Shown: piece after piece, positions 1-4,180 of the stretch | Layout: every line of letters begins with the position of its first letter | Numbering within the stretch: the first letter of the stretch is position 1 | IMG/VR virus record: IMGVR_UViG_2579778894_000011 | Strand: one strand, 5' to 3' | Source of the DNA: a virus | Taxonomy: Duplodnaviria; Heunggongvirae; Uroviricota; Caudoviricetes | DNA length: 4,270 nt | Notes under the pieces: generated by a model | What the model saw: only the letters and a program-made list of their open reading frames with translations | What the model was told of the DNA's origin: nothing | Database searches by the model: none | Position numbers and translations under genes: made by a program

Positions 1-25
1 GTCAGAACAAGTGCAAATGCTGTAT

Positions 26-214
26 TCATTGCCAGCATCCTTTTTGTATCGGACGTAAACGGGCCAGCATTGAAAGAATGCATATTTTATTTAATAACTC
101 CCGTTCGTGTTTTCTCTTGTTAATGGCATCTTCAGTAAATACAGGGTTACTGATAGTGACACCAATTTCAAAACAACCTTCAGACGTATTAACGTTTGGT
201 AATAACGTTTCCAT
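26..214 (-). CDS. dicB: Cell-division inhibitor DicB (62 aa); the track ORF 26..319 is an over-extension
   Basis: Minus-strand ORF. The internal ATG at 214..212 gives a 62-aa product, METLLPNVNTSEGCFEIGVTISNPVFTEDAINKRKHERELLNKICILSMLARLRPIQKGCWQ, matching my recollection of E. coli DicB in length and sequence. A GAGGA Shine-Dalgarno lies about 7 nt upstream on the minus strand. It sits downstream of DicF as in the known dicB operon. The 35 extra N-terminal residues in the track ORF have no ribosome-binding site. Confidence 0.8.
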   Translation of the reverse strand: METLLPNVNTSEGCFEIGVTISNPVFTEDAINKRKHERELLNKICILSMLARLRPIQKGCWQ

Positions 215-380
215 TATCGCGTCCTCAACAATGAATTTTGTGATGCGATGCCTGGTGCCTCCAGGTGACGTTAACCAGTTAACAATTAACGCCGGATACA
301 GAGAATCCACCCATAACACTGTTTTTGGTTTTAACTGTTCCGCGTGCGCTCAGCCGCATTCACCACATCACAAAATTCAC

Positions 381-402
381 TTTAAAAACGGCGGCAGAGC
401 AG
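381..402 (-). terminator. Possible leaky intrinsic terminator at the DicF 3' end (GC-rich segment followed by a T-run on the minus strand)
   Basis: Minus-strand RNA reads ...CUGCUCUGCCGCCG followed by UUUUUAAA (plus 381..388 = tttaaaaa). GGCGG and CCGCC segments within DicF can pair. dicB lies downstream, so any termination must be partial. Confidence 0.35.
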
Positions 403-441
403 TCACGGAGTAAAACTGATACCGCCAAACGTCACCAGAAA
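389..441 (-). ncRNA. dicF: DicF small regulatory RNA (about 53 nt, antisense regulator of ftsZ and other mRNAs)
   Basis: The reverse complement of 389..441 is tttctggtgacgtttggcggtatcagttttactccgtgactgctctgccgccg, which matches my recollection of E. coli DicF almost base for base. Its position between ydfC and dicB on the dicA strand is the known arrangement. The exact ends are processing-defined and cannot be fixed from sequence alone. Confidence 0.8.
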
Positions 442-466
442 ATTGATAACAGAGGGCGTTGCAGCG

Positions 467-503
467 GGGTTGTCACTTAAGCGTATGGTCAACCTGACAA
501 CCC
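467..503 (-). other. Stem-loop (9-bp perfect stem GGGTTGTCA / TGACAACCC, 19-nt loop) in the untranslated region just upstream of DicF in the operon transcript
   Basis: Perfect inverted repeat read directly: 467..475 gggttgtca and 495..503 tgacaaccc. There is no ORF on the operon strand here. Candidate RNA-processing or stability element. Confidence 0.4.
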
Positions 504-782
504 GGTGTCCTCAACGGGGGAAGGAATAACCCCGCCATACTTACCGCCGCGCCATTTCGCGGATTGCCACAACCGGAAGCGCACGGTCGACGAAAATTTA
601 ACGACAGGCTATCTATGAACCAGCTACCTCGCCGTGCGCTTTCGCGTTATGGTCTGACTTTTCAGGGAAATATCCTTTCAGTAAACTGTCAATGCCGGAT
701 GCTCACCCGTGTCCGGCGCACGCACTCCACCTCACCCGTGGAGAACTCCTTAATTACTAACCTTAGCTTTGTTGATTAGCTA

Positions 783-1001
783 CTAACGCGGGTATGTAAT
801 CATTCTGGCAATGCTTAATGCCGCTGCTTTTTCCAGATTGGTGATATCCTGCTCCAGAGCGGACAGATTTTCAGCCTGCTTAGCTCTGGCTTCATTGGCC
901 CATTTCAGATCCTGCGCTGCATTAATTTTCTGGTGCATCCACTCATAAAGTTCATCATCGGTATAGTCTGGCGCGATGATGACGGGTTCTCGTTTCTGCA
1001 T
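783..1001 (-). CDS. ydfC: Small prophage protein YdfC-like (72 aa), function unknown
   Basis: 72-aa minus-strand ORF with ATG at 1001..999 and a GAGGAA Shine-Dalgarno 5 nt upstream (plus 1007..1012 ttcctc). The position (third gene after dicA) and length match YdfC of the Qin dicB operon; identity is from recollection, not a search. Confidence 0.75.
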   Translation of the reverse strand: MQKREPVIIAPDYTDDELYEWMHQKINAAQDLKWANEARAKQAENLSALEQDITNLEKAAALSIARMITYPR

Positions 1002-1030
1002 ACTGATTCCTCGCGGTGCTGTTTCGCTTA

Positions 1031-1159
1031 TCAGCCGTTAGATTTTGCCGAACTGGAAAGCGCCTGTTTAAATTCGTTGAAGCTGAGAGCTTCTTCGCCT
1101 TCGGCAAGACCTTCGAAGTATTCTTCGTAAGCCTTTTCCATGATTGTGTCGAAATCCAT
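1031..1159 (-). CDS. ydfB: Small acidic prophage protein YdfB-like (42 aa), function unknown; absent from the supplied ORF track
   Basis: Hand translation of the minus strand gives MDFDTIMEKAYEEYFEGLAEGEEALSFNEFKQALSSSAKSNG, with ATG at 1159..1157 and stop TGA at 1033..1031. A GGTGA Shine-Dalgarno lies about 5 nt upstream. The start sits 1 nt after the ydfA stop (TGAtATG). Length and position match YdfB (42 aa). Confidence 0.7.
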   Translation of the reverse strand: MDFDTIMEKAYEEYFEGLAEGEEALSFNEFKQALSSSAKSNG

Positions 1160-1160
1160 A

Positions 1161-1316
1161 TCACTCACCTGAGTTTCTTTCCAGCCAGCGACGGGCACCA
1201 TTTTCGGTTTTAAACGTTTTGCTTTTGGTATACGTCATCGCGGTGAACGTACCGTCCTGGTTGGGAAACACGCCGTACACCAGAGATTCGTTGTTGCCAA
1301 GATCGATAGTATCCAT
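1161..1316 (-). CDS. ydfA: Small prophage protein YdfA-like (51 aa), function unknown; first gene of the dicB operon
   Basis: The internal ATG at 1316..1314 of track ORF 1161..1370 gives the 51-aa product MDTIDLGNNESLVYGVFPNQDGTFTAMTYTKSKTFKTENGARRWLERNSGE, with a GAGGT Shine-Dalgarno 5 nt upstream. The upstream ATG at 1370 has no ribosome-binding site. Length matches YdfA (51 aa). Confidence 0.7.
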   Translation of the reverse strand: MDTIDLGNNESLVYGVFPNQDGTFTAMTYTKSKTFKTENGARRWLERNSGE

Positions 1317-1393
1317 GCTGACCTCATTTCCCCTTAACGCTGGGGTAGCGGAACTGTTTGCTGAGAACACCGTGCGGTGTGTTGATGCAAATA

Positions 1394-1422
1394 AGATTAG
1401 CCATGGCTAACATATAGGTCAA
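1394..1422 (-). promoter_or_regulatory. Candidate sigma70 promoter of the ydfA-ydfB-ydfC-dicF-dicB operon (PdicB-like): -35 TTGACC, 17-bp spacer, -10 TAATCT on the minus strand
   Basis: Minus-strand read: cactTTGACCtatatgttagccatggcTAATCTtatttg. The -35 is plus 1417..1422 (ggtcaa) and the -10 is plus 1394..1399 (agatta). It lies about 75 nt upstream of the ydfA start and overlaps the palindrome at 1397..1410. Confidence 0.45.
1397..1410. promoter_or_regulatory. Candidate DicA operator: palindrome TTAGC-CATG-GCTAA overlapping the spacer and -10 of the candidate dicB-operon promoter
   Basis: Perfect 5-bp inverted half-sites separated by 4 bp. It belongs to the same family as the two palindromes in the dicA-dicC intergenic region (1893..1906 and 1943..1956). 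Confidence 0.5.
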
Positions 1423-1432
1423 GTGATTTTGT

Positions 1433-1448
1433 ATGTTATGGCTAACAT
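1433..1448. promoter_or_regulatory. Second palindrome ATGTTA-TGGC-TAACAT just upstream of the candidate -35; possible auxiliary operator or other protein-binding site
   Basis: Perfect 6-bp inverted arms with a 4-bp spacer, read directly. It shares the TGGCTAA core with the 1397..1410 site but has different half-sites from the TTAGY family. Confidence 0.3.
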
Positions 1449-1460
1449 GATTGATGTGGT

Positions 1461-1491
1461 AAAAGATAACTCATTGATGATGTTATCTTTT
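1461..1491. other. Perfect 10-bp inverted repeat AAAAGATAAC-(11 nt)-GTTATCTTTT overlapping the dicA stop codon
   Basis: Arms at 1461..1470 and 1482..1491. Read on the plus strand it is followed by TTTTATTTG, so it is terminator-like against antisense transcription into dicA. On the minus strand it is not followed by a U-run. Confidence 0.35.
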
Positions 1492-1890
1492 ATTTGTCCG
1501 CTGACGGGCTTTTAGTAATTCTTCAAAGAGTTTATTGAAGTTTTTTACTCGAGCTCGCATTTCGGCGAGCTGGGTATCCTGTTCTGATTCTGGCAGTGCA
1601 TTAAACAGCTCAAGGAGCTCTAGTTCTTTGGGGGATAAGGCAACTGGCTTCTCAACAGGTGGTGTTGGTTGCTTGTCTTCATCGCCAAATAGAATCCATG
1701 TTGGTGAGCATTGCAATACTTTGCTGAGGGCAAAAAGGTTCTTCCCTGTAGGTTCACTATCATCCCGTTCCCATTGTGATACAGACACATGGGAGATTTT
1801 CAGGGCTTTAGCAAGAGACCTTTGGGTGTGTTTGAGGTTTTTCCGACGATACCTAATGCGTTCGCCGATAGTTAAATTTTTTGTTTCCAT
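1483..1890 (-). CDS. dicA: Prophage repressor DicA (CI/C2-like HTH_XRE repressor, 135 aa)
   Basis: 135-aa minus-strand ORF, METKNLTIGERIRYRRKNLKHTQRSLAKALKISHVSVSQWERDDSEPTGKNLF..., with an N-terminal helix-turn-helix (QRSLAKALKISHVSVSQWE). It matches my recollection of E. coli DicA and is divergent from a Cro-like gene. Confidence 0.9.
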   Translation of the reverse strand: METKNLTIGERIRYRRKNLKHTQRSLAKALKISHVSVSQWERDDSEPTGKNLFALSKVLQCSPTWILFGDEDKQPTPPVEKPVALSPKELELLELFNALPESEQDTQLAEMRARVKNFNKLFEELLKARQRTNKR

Positions 1891-1892
1891 AG

Positions 1893-1906
1893 TTAGCTAA
1901 TGCTAA
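1893..1906. promoter_or_regulatory. Candidate operator in the dicA-dicC intergenic region: TTAGC-TAAT-GCTAA
   Basis: Inverted 5-bp half-sites separated by 4 bp, located between the dicA start (1890) and the candidate dicC -35. Confidence 0.5.
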
Positions 1907-1912
1907 ATCGTA

Positions 1913-1941
1913 TTGACTATGTTTTTGTTAACATCTATTTT
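1913..1941 (+). promoter_or_regulatory. Candidate sigma70 promoter for dicC: -35 TTGACT (1913..1918), 17-bp spacer, -10 TATTTT (1936..1941)
   Basis: Good -35 match with canonical spacing, about 30 nt upstream of the dicC ATG. The predicted transcription start falls inside the palindrome at 1943..1956. Confidence 0.4.
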
Positions 1942-1942
1942 G

Positions 1943-1956
1943 TTAGTTATGACTAA
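1943..1956. promoter_or_regulatory. Candidate operator: TTAGT-TATG-ACTAA overlapping the predicted dicC transcription start
   Basis: Inverted 5-bp half-sites separated by 4 bp, same family as 1893..1906 and 1397..1410. Confidence 0.5.
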
Positions 1957-1973
1957 CAATAAAGGTGTTTTAA

Positions 1974-2204
1974 ATGCTTAAAACTGACGCTCTTTTGTAT
2001 TTCGGTTCAAAAACAAAACTTGCACAAGCAGCAGGTATTCGTTTGGCTTCGCTTTATAGCTGGAAAGGGGATTTAGTTCCCGAAGGTCGCGCGATGCGTC
2101 TACAGGAGGCATCTGGCGGGGAGCTTCAGTATGATCCCAAAGTTTATGATGAATATCGTAAGACGAAGCGGGCGGGGCGGTTGAACAATGAAAATCACTC
2201 CTGA
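1974..2204 (+). CDS. dicC: Cro-like regulator DicC (76 aa)
   Basis: 76-aa ORF, MLKTDALLYFGSKTKLAQAAGIRLASLYSWKGDL..., with an AAGGTG Shine-Dalgarno 6 nt upstream. It is divergent from dicA and matches my recollection of E. coli DicC. Confidence 0.88.
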   Translation: MLKTDALLYFGSKTKLAQAAGIRLASLYSWKGDLVPEGRAMRLQEASGGELQYDPKVYDEYRKTKRAGRLNNENHS

Positions 2205-2709
2205 ACAGGCTCGTGAGGCTCTGGATGCCTGGATATGTCGACCAGGAATGACACAGGAGCAGGCGACGATATTAATCACTGAAGCATTCTGGGCTTTGAA
2301 AGAGCGCCCGAACATCGATGTTCAGCGTGTCACAGATGAAGGTGGCGCGGTTGATCAGCGAGCGCTTGGCGTTAATCGAGTGAAGATATTCGAACGCTGG
2401 AAGGCTATCGACACCAGGGATAAGCGTGAAAAGTTCACGGCGCTAGTGCCTGCGATTATGGAGGCTATCCGGATTAGTGATTTCAGGTTGTATCGTGAGA
2501 TCAGTGATGGAAAAAGTATTACGTACATGATCGCCGGGTTAAATAAAGAATATGGCGATGTGGTGGAATCCGGACTGCTTTTTGCAGATCCTGCCGTTGT
2601 AGATCGTGAAACTGACGAACTTATAGAAAAAGCAATTGCTTTCAAGCTTGCGTATCGACAGCAATACCAACAAAAAGCTGGATGGAATTATGAGTCTTCT
2701 TTTTGCTGA
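2188..2709 (+). CDS. YdaT-family prophage protein (173 aa), likely a CII-like regulator; often labelled toxin YdaT in databases
   Basis: 173-aa ORF directly after the Cro-like gene, overlapping its 3' end by 17 nt. This position is held by YdaT-family proteins in Rac/Qin-type prophages. The family assignment is from gene order and general resemblance, not a search. Confidence 0.6.
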   Translation: MKITPEQAREALDAWICRPGMTQEQATILITEAFWALKERPNIDVQRVTDEGGAVDQRALGVNRVKIFERWKAIDTRDKREKFTALVPAIMEAIRISDFRLYREISDGKSITYMIAGLNKEYGDVVESGLLFADPAVVDRETDELIEKAIAFKLAYRQQYQQKAGWNYESSFC

Positions 2710-3655
2710 ACGCCCACTGGTTATAAACACGCAGCTGGCAATGAAAATTGGCTTAAACGAAGCCATTGTTTTGCAACAACTGCACTACTGGTTGAGAGAT
2801 ACCAACTCCGGCATGGAATGTGATGGTGTTCGCTGGATTTATAACACAACGGAACAATGGCTGGAACAGTTCCCATTCTGGTCAGAGTCAACGTTAAAGC
2901 GCGCGTTTGCAAGTCTGAAAACGCTGGGGCTTTTGCGTTGTGAAAAGCTCAATAAATCAAAGCGCGATATGACCAATTTCTACACGATCAACTACGGGAG
3001 CGAGCTTTTAGATGGTGGCAAATTGAGCGAATCCATCGGTTTAAAATGCGCCGCTCCATCAGGTCAAAATGACACGATGGAAGAGGTCAAAATGAAACGC
3101 TCCATTGGTTCAAAACGACTCAATGTCATCGGGTCAAAATGGCCTGATGATCTTACAGAGAATACAACAGAGATTACTACAGAGAATAAAAAGACTTCTC
3201 GTCCGGAAGCTTCGCAACCGGACCCGCAGACGGTTGAACAGGATTTTTTAACCCGACACCCTGACGCGGTTGTGTTCAGTGCGAAAAAACGCCAGTGGGG
3301 CAGCCAGGAAGATTTGGCGTGTGCGCAGTGGATCTGGGGGCGAATCGTGAGTCTTTACGAGCAGGCCGCCAGCGATGATGGCGAGATTTCGCGACCGAAA
3401 GAACCCAACTGGACCGCATGGGCCAACGACGTGCGCACAATGCGGATGCTGGATGGCAGAACTCACAGACAAATTTGTGAAATGTTTGGTCGGGTGCAGC
3501 GGGATCCATTCTGGGTAAAAAATATCATGAGTCCGTCAAAGCTTCGCGAAAAATGGGATGAACTGGTTATCCGCCTGGGGCGTTCGTTTGTACAGCGTTG
3601 TGTGAATCATATTTCTGAGCCGGATACCGAAATTCCGCCGGGCTTCAGGGGGTAA
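2690..3655 (+). CDS. Phage replication initiator (replisome-organizer, O-like) protein; start uncertain (2690 or 2744)
   Basis: Long ORF (track 2636..3655). An N-terminal winged-helix-like segment (MSLLFAERPLVINTQLAMKIGLNEAIVLQQLHYW...) resembles phage replisome-organizer N-terminal domains. Iteron-like repeats and an AT-rich block sit inside the coding sequence, as with lambda O and ori. The ATG at 2690 overlaps the upstream stop by 20 nt. Confidence 0.7.
   Translation: MSLLFAERPLVINTQLAMKIGLNEAIVLQQLHYWLRDTNSGMECDGVRWIYNTTEQWLEQFPFWSESTLKRAFASLKTLGLLRCEKLNKSKRDMTNFYTINYGSELLDGGKLSESIGLKCAAPSGQNDTMEEVKMKRSIGSKRLNVIGSKWPDDLTENTTEITTENKKTSRPEASQPDPQTVEQDFLTRHPDAVVFSAKKRQWGSQEDLACAQWIWGRIVSLYEQAASDDGEISRPKEPNWTAWANDVRTMRMLDGRTHRQICEMFGRVQRDPFWVKNIMSPSKLREKWDELVIRLGRSFVQRCVNHISEPDTEIPPGFRG
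3062..3142. repeat. Four iteron-like direct repeats (GGTCAAAATGA core) spaced about 23 bp apart inside the replication gene; candidate origin iterons
   Basis: Copies at 3062..3072 (ggtcaaaatga), 3085..3095 (ggtcaaaatga), 3107..3118 (ggttcaaaacga) and 3132..3142 (ggtcaaaatgg). The last is embedded in a local dyad, TCATCgggtcaaaatggccTGATGA. Confidence 0.55.
3155..3188. repeat. AT-rich block with three 12-bp-periodic repeats ACAGAGA(A/T)TA immediately after the iterons; candidate DNA-unwinding region of the origin
   Basis: acagagaata at 3155..3164, acagagatta at 3167..3176, acagagaata at 3179..3188. It encodes a low-complexity linker (TENTTEITTEN) in the replication protein, analogous to the lambda ori layout. 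Confidence 0.5.
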
Positions 3656-3695
3656 GTGTTAATTTCTGGTCATGAGGTAATTTTCAGGAGGGCTT

Positions 3696-4118
3696 GTGGC
3701 AAAAGTTTTTACACAAGAAGAGCGGGAAAAAATTAAAGGGCAGGTTGTTGAACTCGTACGCCGGAGTGGGCGTGAGACGTTACGGCAACTGGAAGTCAAG
3801 ACAGGTGCGACAAGATATCTGATGAGCGTTCTCGCAAGAGAGCTGGTTGCCAGCGGCGATGTATACAACTCTGGTTACGGGTTATTCCCGTCTGAACAGG
3901 CGCGTAAGGACTGGCAAAATGCCCGTAAAAAGCTCTCAAGGGCAAAGCTGAAGGAACCATCTGCGGTTGATCCGGACCTTATCTGGTCATTACCTGACGG
4001 AGAAATACGTCGCTACGACAGGCGTCAGAACATAATCTGTCGCGAGTGCCGGAAGAGTGAAGTTATGCAGCGCATACTAGCATTCTATCAGGGAAATGCT
4101 CGATATTTATTGAAGTGA
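3696..4118 (+). CDS. Hypothetical prophage protein (140 aa), unknown function, GTG start
   Basis: ORF with a strong AGGAGG Shine-Dalgarno (3686..3691) 4 nt upstream of GTG at 3696. It has no Walker A motif, so it is not a DnaC/P-type helicase loader. A basic stretch and a single CxxC (ICRECRK) are present. Confidence 0.6.
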   Translation: MAKVFTQEEREKIKGQVVELVRRSGRETLRQLEVKTGATRYLMSVLARELVASGDVYNSGYGLFPSEQARKDWQNARKKLSRAKLKEPSAVDPDLIWSLPDGEIRRYDRRQNIICRECRKSEVMQRILAFYQGNARYLLK

Positions 4119-4180
4119 TGAGATTAAAGTTTATTAGTTCAGATATTGATTGGCTCTTTTGTGGAGTAGGGTAGAGTTAG

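Noticed and set aside
1-25. Possible start of a further dicB-operon gene (ydfD-like) left of dicB
   Set aside because: Only 25 nt are available and no ATG is visible in the minus-strand read, so it cannot be supported from this window.
78-413. 111-aa plus-strand ORF
   Set aside because: It is antisense to dicB and overlaps the DicF locus. No ribosome-binding site, and the composition is low-complexity. Best explained as a shadow ORF of the minus-strand genes.
564-779. 71-aa plus-strand ORF in the ydfC-DicF spacer
   Set aside because: It is antisense to the operon, has no Shine-Dalgarno before its ATG, and is arginine-rich as expected from translating GC-rich non-coding sequence. I treat the region as structured untranslated RNA instead.
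933-1213. Plus-strand ORFs 933..1130 and 1016..1213, and minus-strand ORF 955..1164
   Set aside because: They overlap the well-supported ydfC and ydfB genes in other frames or on the opposite strand, and lack ribosome-binding sites. The minus 955..1164 frame is an arginine-rich out-of-frame read.
1144-1410. 88-aa plus-strand ORF
   Set aside because: It is antisense to ydfA and the candidate dicB-operon promoter, with no ribosome-binding site. Shadow ORF.
1535-1900. 121-aa plus-strand ORF
   Set aside because: It lies entirely antisense to dicA, which has a clear helix-turn-helix and matches a known repressor. The product is serine- and arginine-rich low-complexity sequence.
1891-1973. A promoter for dicA itself on the minus strand of the dicA-dicC intergenic region
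   Set aside because: I could not find a -35/-10 pair with acceptable spacing. Candidates such as TTAACA and TAGCAT are 19 to 20 bp apart, so no call was made.
2100-2912. Minus-strand ORFs 2100..2315, 2355..2645, 2539..2766 and 2721..2912
   Set aside because: They are antisense to the dicC, YdaT-family and replication genes, which form a coherent overlapping plus-strand operon. No ribosome-binding sites were seen.
3062-3193. CRISPR array or other defence-associated repeat as an explanation for the direct repeats
   Set aside because: The repeats are about 11 bp with about 12-bp spacers, inside a coding sequence, and followed by an AT-rich block. That fits origin iterons, not a CRISPR array.
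3248-3868. Minus-strand ORFs 3248..3472, 3276..3509 and 3659..3868
   Set aside because: They are antisense to the replication gene and the 140-aa gene. The products are proline-, arginine- and serine-rich, typical of shadow frames.
4118-4174. 18-codon mini-ORF starting at the TGATG overlap with the upstream stop
   Set aside because: Too short to support without conservation data, and it ends 7 nt before the IS5 junction, so it is not an obvious truncated gene. Mentioned only as a possibility.
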